Source: a virus. From it: 42,021 nt of DNA. A program made the translations under genes and the position numbers. Each line of letters begins with the position of its first letter. Position 1 is the first letter of the stretch. Under the pieces are notes generated by a model. The model worked only from the letters and a program-made list of their open reading frames with translations, had not been told where the DNA came from and made no database searches. This document shows positions 16,820 to 27,153 of this stretch, piece after piece. The stretch lies in UHGV virus genome UHGV-0390817. One strand, 5' to 3'.

Positions 16820-17269
16820 ATGGCAGATGCAGCAAAGGGAAAAGTGTATCCCGTGCATAACAATGTGTTTAAGTTTGGCACTGCGGGCCTTGAGAGTACA
16901 GATGAACAGATGGTGATGCCAGCCGATCTAGAGAACTTTGCACCATCCATAGACGGTACCGTTGAGGAGTGGTATTCCATGGATGCTGCCGGATGGGCCA
17001 AGGCTGCCATGACCGGTAAGAAACTTGGGTTCAGCTTCAAGGGAAAACGGTCGGTTGGGGACCCGGGGAATGATTATATTGCCGGCCTGGCGTGGAAGTT
17101 TGGACAGGACGTGATGACCAAGTTTGAGTGGACCATGGTCAGCGGAGCAAAGCTGGCCTGTAACGTAGTCGTTAATGTGACGACGCCCGGAGGTGGTGAC
17201 ACGACAAATATTGACGGTCTGGAGTTTGAGGTGACGGGTTATGGTAAGCCAACTTTCACTCCAGCGTAA
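16820..17269 (+). CDS. major tail protein
   Basis: 149 aa with a strong RBS, immediately upstream of the chaperone pair and the tape measure gene. No sheath gene is present, so the tail is siphovirus-type. Confidence 0.5.
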   Translation: MADAAKGKVYPVHNNVFKFGTAGLESTDEQMVMPADLENFAPSIDGTVEEWYSMDAAGWAKAAMTGKKLGFSFKGKRSVGDPGNDYIAGLAWKFGQDVMTKFEWTMVSGAKLACNVVVNVTTPGGGDTTNIDGLEFEVTGYGKPTFTPA

Positions 17270-17297
17270 TCATTAACAGTATAAGGAGGGTTAAACA

Positions 17298-17597
17298 ATG
17301 GCGAGAAAAGTAGATATCACGGATAAGCTGAGTTTTGAGGAAAACCCATCCCTTGTCATTAAGGGTGAGGTGCTGGAGGTCAATGCAGATGCCCCGACCA
17401 TGCTTAAGGTCATGGGACTGATGTCGGCAGATGCCCCCGGAATGGATGAAGTTCTGCAGGCCTACAACCTGATGTTCCCCGAAGAGTCCAAGAAGAAGAT
17501 TGAAAAGCTGAAAATCGGATTTAAGGATTTGGTTACAGTCATTATGGAATCCATACAGCTGATTACCGATGAGGTAGACAGCCCGGGAGAGCAGTGA
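17298..17597 (+). CDS. tail assembly chaperone (G-like)
   Basis: Small acidic protein directly upstream of the tape measure gene. Confidence 0.5.
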   Translation: MARKVDITDKLSFEENPSLVIKGEVLEVNADAPTMLKVMGLMSADAPGMDEVLQAYNLMFPEESKKKIEKLKIGFKDLVTVIMESIQLITDEVDSPGEQ

Positions 17598-17610
17598 CCC
17601 GTACTACGAC

Positions 17611-17925
17611 ATGTTCGAGGACTGGGACCTGATAGTTTCCAGCTTCCTGTCGCAGTACGGGTTGCGTATACGAACGAAGGAATTTGAGTCAGTCTCTTGG
17701 GACGAGTTCAGGGCGCTGATTGCCGGCCTGTCCCCGGAGACTGCCTTGGGACGGGTGGTGGCCATCCGGTCAGAGACGGATAAGGACATTATCAAGCATT
17801 ATACAAAGGACCAGCGCCGGATATATGATGACTGGCGTAACCGGGAAATGAAAGAAATGGATGAGAAAACCTTCGAGAAGGAAATGGCCAACCTGGAGAA
17901 GATGTTCGCAGCCATGTGTGGATAG
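17611..17925 (+). CDS. second tail assembly chaperone (T-like), in the +1 frame relative to the first
   Basis: Position. A 13-nt gap separates it from the first chaperone, and no obvious slippery site is seen. Confidence 0.4.
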   Translation: MFEDWDLIVSSFLSQYGLRIRTKEFESVSWDEFRALIAGLSPETALGRVVAIRSETDKDIIKHYTKDQRRIYDDWRNREMKEMDEKTFEKEMANLEKMFAAMCG

Positions 17926-17936
17926 GAGGTGGTACC

Positions 17937-20900
17937 GTGGCTGACAGCGTAGGCCAGATTGGCCTTGACCTTGTGGTCAACCAGAATCAATTCAAGCAGC
18001 AGATGGCGGGCATCCAGGGGCTGGCCAAAAAGGCAGGTGCCGCCCTGGCGGCGGCATTTGCGGTAAAAAAAATCATAGACTTCGGTGCAAAATGCATTGA
18101 ATTGGGTTCCGACCTTTCGGAAGTCCAGAATGTGGTGGATGTCACATTCCCACGGATGTCCAAACAGGTGGATGACTTCGCTAAGAATGCCATAACCTCT
18201 TTCGGTTTGTCAGAGACCATGGCCAAGAAGTTTACCGGAACGTTCGGGGCAATGGCCAAGGCTTTTGGCTTTGGTGAACAGGCAGCCTATGAGATGTCCA
18301 CGGCCTTGACTGGCCTGGCCGGTGATGTGGCATCCTTCTACAACATTAGCCAGGACGAGGCCTACACCAAATTAAAATCTGTATTTACGGGTGAGACGGA
18401 GACCCTTAAGGACCTGGGCATCGTCATGACCCAGAGCGCCCTGGACAGTTACGCCCTGGCGAACGGCTATGGCAAGGTAACGGCCAAGATGTCTGAGGCT
18501 GAGAAGGTGGCCCTGCGGTATAAGTTTGTGCAGGACCAGCTGTCACTGGCATCCGGGGACTTCATACGGACGGCTGACGGCTGGGCAAACCAGGTTAGGG
18601 TCCTTAAGCTCCAATTTGACAGCCTTAAAGCCACAATCGGTCAGGGCCTTATAAATGTACTGACCCCGGTCATTCAGGTAATCAACCGTATCATCAGCAA
18701 GCTGATGAGCCTGGCCAATGCCTTTAAGGCTTTTACCGAAATGGTGACAGGTAAGAAGGGCTCGGGAGGAGCATCTACCGCCGCCGCAGGAATGGAGGCA
18801 GTGGCACAGGCCGCTGACAAGGCCGGAGCAGCTGCCGGAGGGGCAGGAGGTGCCGCTAAAAAGGCCGCCAAGGACATGAAAAGTGTCAGCACAGGCATTG
18901 ATGAACTCAATATCATCAACCCGGAGACAGACTCCGGTAGCGGTGGTTCCGGAGGCGGTACGGATGGTGGGTACTCTGCGGATGAGTTCGACATGGGCGA
19001 ACTTGATACATCGGCCGTGGATGAGATGGACAGCAAGTATGCAGGGCTAATTGAAAAGGCAAAGGAACTTGCTGGGTTGTTCAAAGAAGGCTTCTGGGAT
19101 GGTTTTGGAGATACATCCGTATTTGACAGCATTCAAGCCTCCATAGACAGCATCAAGGGAAGCCTGAGGGATATATTCACATCGCCGGAGGTGTTGGCTT
19201 CGGCTAATTCATTTGCTGACCAGATGGCCTATAGCCTGGGGCAGGTTGCAGGTTCCATGGCGAGCGTAGGGGCGTCCATAGCGGATAACCTGCTGGGCGG
19301 TATCAGCCTGTTCCTGCAGCAAAATAAAGACCGAATCAAGGAATATCTCGTGTCCATTTTCGACATAGGCTCACGGATGGCAGAAATAAGCGGGAATTTT
19401 TCCAAAGCACTTGCAACGGTATTTTCATCCCTCAGGAGTAACAGCGCGAAGCAGATTACAGCAGATATTATCGGAATATTTTCCGAGGCCTTCATGGGGG
19501 CCACGGAATTGGCTGGGACATTTGCGGCAGATGTGCTGGACACCATTACAGCCCCATTCGTAGAAAATGCGGATTATATCAGGACAACCCTGGAGGATAC
19601 ATTCAGCGCGGTTGAACCTATCTTTTCTACAATCAAAGATTTGGTTGCGGAGACTTTTGAAAAGATTGGCACAACATATGATGAACATGTGGCGCCAATG
19701 CTGGCAACCTTCAAACAAGGGTTCACGGAAATCGGAACACTGTTGCTTGATGTCTATAACACATATTTCCTTCCAGTATTGCAGAACCTATCCACACGAT
19801 TTGTGGAATTCAAAGACCAGTACCTCAGTCCATTAATTGATAAATTTATGGAATTTGGCGGAAAAGTGGCTGATGCAGTCACCAAATTGTGGACGGGGGC
19901 CATACAGCCATTCATCGAATGGTTTATTACAAATGTAGCGCCAGTTATAGCTTTATGTTTGCAGAGCGCCATTGACACATTCTTCGGATTCTGGGAATCC
20001 GTTTCCGGCATCATAGAGGGATTGCTCACGGCGCTAGGTGGTGTGATTGACTTCATTGTCGGCGTATTCACTGGTGACTGGAGTCTTGCTTGGGAAGGAA
20101 TCAAGGAGATATTCTCCGGTATCTGGGAGGCATTGAAGGAGCTTGTATCTGGTGCCGTAACATTCATCCAAAACGTTGTTAACATGGCTTGGACTGCCAT
20201 ATCCGGGGCAACCAGTACCATCTGGAACGGAATTAAGGCACTCTTGAATACTCTTTGGAATTGGCTTAAGTCTCTGGCCAATACATTGTTCAATGCTATC
20301 AAGGCATCCATCAGCACAGCCTGGGAGAATGTCAAGAGTAAGACATCAGAAATATGGGAAAGTATCAAGGAATTTGTTTCAGGCCTGTGGGATACAATTA
20401 AGACGGCAGTGGATGAGAAGTTCACGGCTATGAAAGACGCGATTACCGGCGCATGGGACACGGTGAAGGAAAAGACAAAAGAAACCTGGGACGGTATCTG
20501 GGCAGATATAAAGGGCATTATCAACATGATTATTGATGGTGTGGAGAACATGGCCAACAGGGTTATTGATGCGATTAATGCCATGATAGACGCCGTAAAT
20601 GAGGTGGCGGATAAGATACCGGGCATCGGCGCCGATTTTATCCCGAATATACCAAACATCCACCTTCCACGTCTGGCCCAGGGCGGTTTCGTCCGCGCCA
20701 ACACCCCGCAGCTGGCCATGATTGGTGACAACAGGCACTATGGTGAGATTGTGGCGCCTGAGGATAAGATGCAGGAAATGGTGGACCGGGCGGTGGCTTT
20801 AGCGTCCCAAACAAGCAGTAATGGCATGAGTGAGCAGTATCTTTCCGTCATGGCAGACCTGCTGCAGCGTATCATTGACCTGATAGAACAGATGGATTTA

Positions 20901-20984
20901 ACGGTCAACATAGATATCAGGGAAATTAAAAAGAAACTTGTTGAACTGGATAAGCGTAACGGATACACGCTGCGCACAACGTAA
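17937..20984 (+). CDS. tail tape measure protein
   Basis: About 1015 aa. It contains Ala/Gly-rich coiled regions and 13 tandem 11-residue repeats with Trp at a fixed position. The start is a GTG after the RBS ggaggtgg. Confidence 0.85.
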   Translation: MADSVGQIGLDLVVNQNQFKQQMAGIQGLAKKAGAALAAAFAVKKIIDFGAKCIELGSDLSEVQNVVDVTFPRMSKQVDDFAKNAITSFGLSETMAKKFTGTFGAMAKAFGFGEQAAYEMSTALTGLAGDVASFYNISQDEAYTKLKSVFTGETETLKDLGIVMTQSALDSYALANGYGKVTAKMSEAEKVALRYKFVQDQLSLASGDFIRTADGWANQVRVLKLQFDSLKATIGQGLINVLTPVIQVINRIISKLMSLANAFKAFTEMVTGKKGSGGASTAAAGMEAVAQAADKAGAAAGGAGGAAKKAAKDMKSVSTGIDELNIINPETDSGSGGSGGGTDGGYSADEFDMGELDTSAVDEMDSKYAGLIEKAKELAGLFKEGFWDGFGDTSVFDSIQASIDSIKGSLRDIFTSPEVLASANSFADQMAYSLGQVAGSMASVGASIADNLLGGISLFLQQNKDRIKEYLVSIFDIGSRMAEISGNFSKALATVFSSLRSNSAKQITADIIGIFSEAFMGATELAGTFAADVLDTITAPFVENADYIRTTLEDTFSAVEPIFSTIKDLVAETFEKIGTTYDEHVAPMLATFKQGFTEIGTLLLDVYNTYFLPVLQNLSTRFVEFKDQYLSPLIDKFMEFGGKVADAVTKLWTGAIQPFIEWFITNVAPVIALCLQSAIDTFFGFWESVSGIIEGLLTALGGVIDFIVGVFTGDWSLAWEGIKEIFSGIWEALKELVSGAVTFIQNVVNMAWTAISGATSTIWNGIKALLNTLWNWLKSLANTLFNAIKASISTAWENVKSKTSEIWESIKEFVSGLWDTIKTAVDEKFTAMKDAITGAWDTVKEKTKETWDGIWADIKGIINMIIDGVENMANRVIDAINAMIDAVNEVADKIPGIGADFIPNIPNIHLPRLAQGGFVRANTPQLAMIGDNRHYGEIVAPEDKMQEMVDRAVALASQTSSNGMSEQYLSVMADLLQRIIDLIEQMDLTVNIDIREIKKKLVELDKRNGYTLRTT
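20088..20516 (+). repeat. 13 tandem 33-nt (11-aa) hendecad repeats inside the tape measure gene (xWxxIKxxxxG)
   Basis: Seen in the translation: AWEGIKEIFSG, IWEALKELVSG, ..., TWDGIWADIKG. Confidence 0.7.
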
Positions 20985-20997
20985 GGAGGTGGCCGGA

Positions 20998-21372
20998 GTG
21001 CCTATTTATATTAATGGACATGAATATCCAAACTATGACCGGGGGCCTGGCTTAACCATTGCTACGAACGTGAACCAGGGCAAGAATGCCCTGGGGGAAT
21101 TCGTAGGGCAGCGCGTGGGCCGTGACCAGGATAAGATTGACGGCCTGCAGTGGTCCTATCTGGATGCGGCGACCTGGAGCAGTATCCTTAAAGAGTTTGA
21201 GGAGTTTGTGGTGACGGTCAAGTTTCCGGACATGAAAAACAACTGCTGGAAGACGGAGCGGATGTATCCGGGGAACCGGACGGCCAAGATAGACGAGATA
21301 GGTCCGGATGGGCTGCCCACCATGTATAAAGACTGTAAGGTGAATCTGATAGACTGCGGGGTGATGGAGTAG
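20998..21372 (+). CDS. small tail protein, a possible distal-tail (Dit-like) component
   Basis: The RBS aaggaggtgg precedes the GTG. Its position after the tape measure gene supports the call, but it is unusually small. Confidence 0.3.
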   Translation: MPIYINGHEYPNYDRGPGLTIATNVNQGKNALGEFVGQRVGRDQDKIDGLQWSYLDAATWSSILKEFEEFVVTVKFPDMKNNCWKTERMYPGNRTAKIDEIGPDGLPTMYKDCKVNLIDCGVME

Positions 21373-24137
21373 TGCAGGCGGCAAGCAATGAATATAAGGA
21401 CATGATGCGCAGGAAGTGGAGGAACCCACTGTCTCATCTGCGTGTCACCATCGGCCTGATTAACCAACAGGCCCAGGCATCCGCCTACATACCTGAGCCG
21501 GATATGTATACTTATTATTCCGACCTAGTGAAGCCCATGGATAACTACAAGGTACAGGAGCTGTATGCAACCTGTGACCAGGATTATACCACGGTGGATG
21601 GCAGTATGTACTTCCTTCCCAGGGATGCAGCAGACGTGGTGCTCAACCAGGGAATCGTGACGGATGGCCTTCAGGGGGCAATTGAAATCCAGTTTCCCGT
21701 TCAATACGACATTAAAGGGCTGACCGTGGAATTTGGCAAGGCATATCCCATAGAATTTACCATCATTTCAGACAACCGGACTATGGACGTGGCTGGAAAT
21801 ATGAGTGGCCATTATGTGACGGAGGAAATTTTTGAGGGAGCTACCTTCTTACGGTTTGTTCCGGTTGCCATGGTCAACGGACAAAGCCGGTTCCGCATCA
21901 ATCAAATTACAATGGGTATTGGTATCTATTTTGACAGCAAAAAAATACTGTCTGCAACCAAAAAGGAACATATCAGTCCTATATCGGAGGAGTTGCCAAC
22001 CATAGATTTTTCCGTAACGGTGGATAATAAGGACCGGGCCTATGATGTGGAGAATGAAGAAAGTACAGTGAACTTCTTGGAAATTGGTCAGAGTATCGAG
22101 GCGCTTTACGGCCAGGCCATGGATGATGGAACGATTGAGTGGATACCGGGAACGTCACTTGCACTGAAATCATGGTCAGCTGATGATACGGAGATGGACT
22201 TCCAGGCATCAGACTGTTTTGAGGGGATGGACGGCACATATTACCGTGGTCAGTATCATCCGGACGGTATGAGCCTGTATGACATGGCTGTGGATGTTCT
22301 CACGGATGCCCAAGTGGATTACAGGGACTACTGGATAGATCCATATCTTAAGAATGTTCTAGTGGTTAATCCGATGCCGGTGGTAGCGCATAAGGAAGCC
22401 CTGCAGCTGATTGCTAATGCCGGCAGATGTATCCTGTACCAGGACCGGACCGGCAGGATAATCCTTAAGTCCAGTTTTGTACCGGATATGGAGGCGGCGT
22501 CTGATAACGAGACATACTTTTCCCACGCGTCAGCTATACTTGACCACGCGGAAAAGGAAGTGTATGCCCTGCCTGGTCAGGATTACACAGGCACATCCGG
22601 CGCACAGTATTTCCTTCCCAGGCAGACGACCAATGGAGCCACTTATCTCAATACGGGCTATGTGTCTGAGGCCGTCGCCAAAGAAGACGGACTGTTTGCG
22701 GACAATCCCACAGTGGAAATAACTACGGAGGCGGCATACAAGTGTTTTGGACTAACCCTGGAATTTGGTCGCAACTGGCCGGATACAGTTATCTTCCATG
22801 CCTACTACAATAACGCGGCTATGGAAGATTATACAGTCCCTGGATTGACACAGACTTACGTGGTCAGCCATGAGTTCCCAGAGTTTGACCGGTTGGTGCT
22901 GGAATTTTCCAAGGGATGTCCCAATAACCGTGTAGTGCTGGACAATATAATCTTCGGCGACAGCACTGATTATGTCCTGGAATATGGTGTAGAGTTGACC
23001 AAGACCCCAAAGGGCACGCAACTGACCAAGGTTAGGGAACTGCAGGTCGTACGCACCATATACAATCTCAGTACAGAGGATGCAAAGGAGCTGGCAAGGG
23101 AGACCATAAGTGTAACCGCTTTAGACAACCGATATACGTTTTATTTTTCTAATCCATCCTATGATTTAAAGACATACGTCCCGGTTTATGTGGAGGCAAC
23201 CAATATGGTTCAGAACGGGTCTTTTGATACCGGCGTGACCGGATGGATCAACGCACAGTATGACGCAGCCAGAAAATGCACATACGTTGTCTCGGAAGAT
23301 GGAAACGCAGTCCACATAGTACAAACTGTGCAGATGATATCCGGACATAAATATTACTTGCGGGGGAATTTCATGCGGGAGGAATCACCCGGTGAGTATT
23401 CGGGAAATGATGAATGCGATTTGGTCAGGGCGATTGCCAATAGAGAATCATTTAATATTAATCTACGTCCAGAGACTATTGCGCCAGATGGAGTGTGGCA
23501 TACCAAATCAGCCATTGACACGGTTGAGGCAACAGGAGAGTGGGACCTAAGGATTTATACCTATGGAAACAAAAGGCTTTATATAGATTCACTTCTTTTG
23601 GTAGATTTGACAGCAGCTTGGGGAATCGGGAATGAACCGGATATAGAGTGGTGTGATAAGTTCATCGGCTATTTCACTGGTATTGCAAGTATCCCGAAAT
23701 ATGGGTGTGAGATTGTAGATAGTAGTGCCTATTACGCAACGGTGGAGCTTACAGGAATCACAGGGCCGACAGAGGTGGTCGTGACAGGCAGGGAATATGT
23801 TACTACCCAGTCCAAGGTAAGCAGACAGCTAAATCCTACCGGCAGCCTGGAGGCGTGGAATAATCCGCTTGTGTCCGACACGGTCCATGCCGCGAACCTG
23901 GCGGATTGGATTGGGGACTACATGAAATCAGACCGGGAATATGACCTGTCATACCGGGGAGAGCCACGGATTGATGCCAACGACATAGCATTCCTGGAAA
24001 ATAAGTATGTGCCTGACCTGCTGATACGGGTAACGGACCATACCCTGAAATTTAATGGCGGGCTTAGCGGTACCATCAAGGCAAGGAGGGACATGAGTTA
24101 TGTGGCAACAGCCAAAAACAGACTGGCAGGCCAGTGA
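21372..24137 (+). CDS. large tail tip / tail-associated protein with an internal CBM4_9-like carbohydrate-binding module
   Basis: 921 aa after the tape measure and Dit genes. The segment NGSFDTGVTGWINAQ...YIDSLLLVDLTAAWG resembles the N-terminal signature of CBM_4_9, and it is more AT-rich than its flanks. Confidence 0.55.
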   Translation: MQAASNEYKDMMRRKWRNPLSHLRVTIGLINQQAQASAYIPEPDMYTYYSDLVKPMDNYKVQELYATCDQDYTTVDGSMYFLPRDAADVVLNQGIVTDGLQGAIEIQFPVQYDIKGLTVEFGKAYPIEFTIISDNRTMDVAGNMSGHYVTEEIFEGATFLRFVPVAMVNGQSRFRINQITMGIGIYFDSKKILSATKKEHISPISEELPTIDFSVTVDNKDRAYDVENEESTVNFLEIGQSIEALYGQAMDDGTIEWIPGTSLALKSWSADDTEMDFQASDCFEGMDGTYYRGQYHPDGMSLYDMAVDVLTDAQVDYRDYWIDPYLKNVLVVNPMPVVAHKEALQLIANAGRCILYQDRTGRIILKSSFVPDMEAASDNETYFSHASAILDHAEKEVYALPGQDYTGTSGAQYFLPRQTTNGATYLNTGYVSEAVAKEDGLFADNPTVEITTEAAYKCFGLTLEFGRNWPDTVIFHAYYNNAAMEDYTVPGLTQTYVVSHEFPEFDRLVLEFSKGCPNNRVVLDNIIFGDSTDYVLEYGVELTKTPKGTQLTKVRELQVVRTIYNLSTEDAKELARETISVTALDNRYTFYFSNPSYDLKTYVPVYVEATNMVQNGSFDTGVTGWINAQYDAARKCTYVVSEDGNAVHIVQTVQMISGHKYYLRGNFMREESPGEYSGNDECDLVRAIANRESFNINLRPETIAPDGVWHTKSAIDTVEATGEWDLRIYTYGNKRLYIDSLLLVDLTAAWGIGNEPDIEWCDKFIGYFTGIASIPKYGCEIVDSSAYYATVELTGITGPTEVVVTGREYVTTQSKVSRQLNPTGSLEAWNNPLVSDTVHAANLADWIGDYMKSDREYDLSYRGEPRIDANDIAFLENKYVPDLLIRVTDHTLKFNGGLSGTIKARRDMSYVATAKNRLAGQ

Positions 24138-24501
24138 TTATTTTAATATTGGTGACTACAACCGCATCAAGGGCAACATCAATGAGATACGGACCCAGGC
24201 GCTTACTCTGTGGCCGGACTTTAAGTTTGAGGAGATGGGAGAGGATAAGACCTATCAGGATTATGGGTTTTATGCCGATGAAATTAACCGCTTTGAGGCC
24301 AATATAGACCATGTCTGCGTAGGGACATTCCCCTTCGATGTAGGAGAAAGGCAGTTTTATCATGACAACGGTCCATTCATCGACTGGCAAGAGCTGAACC
24401 GTATTGAATCCGCCTGCCTGAAGATATACAGGAACATATTAGGAAGGGCCGAAGGAATCAGACGCCTGGCTTTCACGCTTAATGGAGGTGCATTTGAATA
24501 A
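24100..24501 (+). CDS. hypothetical tail protein
   Basis: The RBS aaggaggga is present. Position in the tail-fibre region. Confidence 0.45.
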   Translation: MWQQPKTDWQASDYFNIGDYNRIKGNINEIRTQALTLWPDFKFEEMGEDKTYQDYGFYADEINRFEANIDHVCVGTFPFDVGERQFYHDNGPFIDWQELNRIESACLKIYRNILGRAEGIRRLAFTLNGGAFE

Positions 24502-24977
24502 TGAGTTTAAAAACAGATTATAGGGATGATATGTATGAGGGTTCCAGACGATGGAGGTTGACCCAGAACGAGGATGGCACCTATAACATATCAGATGTCA
24601 CTGCCTATACACAAAAAGGCGACAGTTTTGGTCAGAATGACATTAACGCTACGAATAGGGCAGTGAATGCCCTGAGGAATGACAAACAAATTACCATCCC
24701 TGCATTCACGCAGTCCGCTGCGCCATACACAGCAGACATAAAAGTGCAACATCTTAAGACAACAGATGCGATTGAGCTGTATGCGGGACTGATAAAGAGC
24801 GACAGCAAACTCACGGTGGAGCAGAAGGCAGAAAAAATAAAAATGCGAAGAAAATACCTGAACATGATTGATGATGCAGAGTGTAATACAGATGGCATAT
24901 TGACGGTAACCTCCTACAGCAAGAAACCGGCCACGGAATTTGCTGTATGGTTAAGGGGCTGCTCAGAGGAGGAATAG
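24501..24977 (+). CDS. hypothetical tail protein
   Basis: Translationally coupled to the upstream gene (ATGA overlap). Confidence 0.45.
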   Translation: MSLKTDYRDDMYEGSRRWRLTQNEDGTYNISDVTAYTQKGDSFGQNDINATNRAVNALRNDKQITIPAFTQSAAPYTADIKVQHLKTTDAIELYAGLIKSDSKLTVEQKAEKIKMRRKYLNMIDDAECNTDGILTVTSYSKKPATEFAVWLRGCSEEE

Positions 24978-24980
24978 GAA

Positions 24981-26186
24981 TTGAAAGCAATTATACACGG
25001 CAGTGGAGGAGCAGATACAGATGGTTTGACCGCTATTGCCACTCACGTACTGAACGGAGAAATATTTTATGGAGCTAATAGCGACGAACCTCAGACCGGA
25101 ACCATGACAGTAAATAGTATACTGTCTTTTAACGTAGCCGCATATAGTGGACGCCGAGTACTTTTGAAATGGCAGAATCCGTATGCGGCTCCTGGAAAAC
25201 CTTATTGCGGAGTAATAATAAAAGCCAGTACGGGTGGATATCCAGCTTGGAATGCGTCTGCTTGGGATGCAATTTATGTAGGAGCAGGAGACAATGTTAC
25301 TCCTGGAGGCTGGTCACAAGCATTTATGGATTTACCAGCATTAAATACCACTTATTATTTTACATGCTTTGGGTATGCCACAACAAGCTTTGGAGAGATA
25401 TACAGTCCGGTATATGACCCATCGTCAGTTAAAAATGCTGTATATACGACCGTAGGACCTTCGTTGGTTACGATAGCCGGAACGCAGGATTACGTAATTC
25501 CAGATGGATTTACATCTGCGGATATATTTTGCGTAGGCGGCGGAGGTGCCGGTGGTAACGGATACCGATTTACAAAAGTAGCCTATCAACAAGGCGGCGG
25601 TGGAGGCGGCGGTGGATATACTGCTACTGTTTATAATATTGGCGTGGCGGCCGGACAAGTATTAAATTGTGTAGTAGGTGCCGGAGGCGCACCCAATGGG
25701 GCGTTGTCTGGTGCAGGCGGTACAGGAGGTACAACATTAGTATCAAGAAGCGGTGCTGTCTTATGTACGGCTAATGGCGGATACGGAGGTCTCAACGCTA
25801 ATTCAGGCAGCGGTGCGTCCGGCGGTTCTGCTGGTGGTCGTGGTGGGTATAATGACTTAGACACAAGGCCGATCATAAAAGCCGGTGAAAATGGATTTTC
25901 AGACGGTAGCGGATGGAGCATCACCCCGGGCCAGGGTTTCACAACAAGAGCTTTTGGCGAAGCCGGAAACACTTTATATGCTGGCGGTGGTGGCGGTGGT
26001 GGAGTAACTCACGGTGGTCCCGGCGCTGGTGGTGCTGGCGGCGGCGGAGCAGGCAGTTATGATACAGGTAATCCCGGCATTGCTAACACTGGCGGAGGCG
26101 GCGGCGGAGGAGGCGGCGATCTTTACGGAACCGCCGAGTGGGGCGGTACTGGCGGCTCAGGAGTTATTTTAATCAGATTAAAATAG
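24981..26186 (+). CDS. glycine-rich tail fibre-like protein
   Basis: 401 aa. The C-terminal half is dominated by poly-Gly tracts (GGGGAGGNGY, GGGGGGGG). Position before the lysis genes. Confidence 0.5.
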   Translation: MKAIIHGSGGADTDGLTAIATHVLNGEIFYGANSDEPQTGTMTVNSILSFNVAAYSGRRVLLKWQNPYAAPGKPYCGVIIKASTGGYPAWNASAWDAIYVGAGDNVTPGGWSQAFMDLPALNTTYYFTCFGYATTSFGEIYSPVYDPSSVKNAVYTTVGPSLVTIAGTQDYVIPDGFTSADIFCVGGGGAGGNGYRFTKVAYQQGGGGGGGGYTATVYNIGVAAGQVLNCVVGAGGAPNGALSGAGGTGGTTLVSRSGAVLCTANGGYGGLNANSGSGASGGSAGGRGGYNDLDTRPIIKAGENGFSDGSGWSITPGQGFTTRAFGEAGNTLYAGGGGGGGVTHGGPGAGGAGGGGAGSYDTGNPGIANTGGGGGGGGGDLYGTAEWGGTGGSGVILIRLK

Positions 26187-26196
26187 GAGGATTAAT

Positions 26197-26499
26197 ATGG
26201 CAGCACACGAAGTATTCGCAATGATATCTGGCGAAACGGTACAGAATGTGGTGGTAGGACAATATGAAGAAACCAACCGAGTAGCACGGTGCGTATATGG
26301 TGACGATGCCTTTGCGGTGGATTGCACGCAATATCCCTGTGAGATAGGAGATAAGTACATAAACGGCGTATTTTACAAGGCCGATGGGACAACACCAATC
26401 AATAGACTACCGACTGACAAAGAAGAGATTCAGCAGTTAAAGGCAGATAATGCACAGTTAACAGTAGCAATGGCAGACATGATAGGAGGTGCAATGTAA
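26197..26499 (+). CDS. hypothetical protein (XkdW-like position)
   Basis: The RBS aggagg is present. 100 aa. Confidence 0.45.
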   Translation: MAAHEVFAMISGETVQNVVVGQYEETNRVARCVYGDDAFAVDCTQYPCEIGDKYINGVFYKADGTTPINRLPTDKEEIQQLKADNAQLTVAMADMIGGAM

Positions 26500-26645
26500 T
26501 GTTATCCAATATACAGCGCAACATCATTATCCGGGCCCTGCAGATTCGGAAAAATCAGGGAGAGGAACCGGCAGACATCCTGGAGGGTTACAAGAACCTG
26601 ACAGATGAGGAAAAGGCAGAGCTGTTGGAAGCCTTAGAAGAATAG
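26499..26645 (+). CDS. small XkdX-like protein (48 aa)
   Basis: An ATG overlapping the upstream stop (TAATG), a charged helical peptide, and a position just before the holin gene. Not in the ORF track. Confidence 0.3.
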   Translation: MLSNIQRNIIIRALQIRKNQGEEPADILEGYKNLTDEEKAELLEALEE

Positions 26646-26659
26646 GAAAGGTGAGGTAA

Positions 26660-27109
26660 ATGAAGATGGATAAGGTGAAAGCAGCGTTTGTTGCAGCATT
26701 TAGCATGATTTTTGGGTGGCTGGGAATTCTGGCAGTTCCAGTGTTGATACTGGCCGGATTGAATTTCACAGACTACATAACCGGCATCCTGGCATCAAAA
26801 CGGCGCAATGAGCTGGTGACCAGTGACAAGGGACTGTGGGGCATCGTCAAGAAGATAGGTATGTGGATATTGGTAGGTTTAGGATGGGCTATGGACGTGC
26901 TGATTAATTACGCCAGCCAGTATGTAGGACTGTCTATTAAACTGCCCTTCGTGGTTGCTACCATCGTGGCCGTGTGGCTAATATGTAATGAGATTATTTC
27001 TATCCTGGAGAATCTGCTGGATATCGGTGTGGCCATGCCACCGTTTTTAATGCCGCTGGCCAAGATGATTAAGGGTCAAGTGGAGGATAAGACAAAAATG
27101 GATGCCTGA
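26660..27109 (+). CDS. holin (TcdE/phage_holin_4_1-like)
   Basis: 149 aa with three hydrophobic TM segments and a charged C-terminus, directly upstream of the endolysin gene. Confidence 0.8.
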   Translation: MKMDKVKAAFVAAFSMIFGWLGILAVPVLILAGLNFTDYITGILASKRRNELVTSDKGLWGIVKKIGMWILVGLGWAMDVLINYASQYVGLSIKLPFVVATIVAVWLICNEIISILENLLDIGVAMPPFLMPLAKMIKGQVEDKTKMDA

Positions 27110-27153
27110 GAGAAGGTGGTCCGTATATCTCCCGGTCACGGGGTTAAGCGGGT

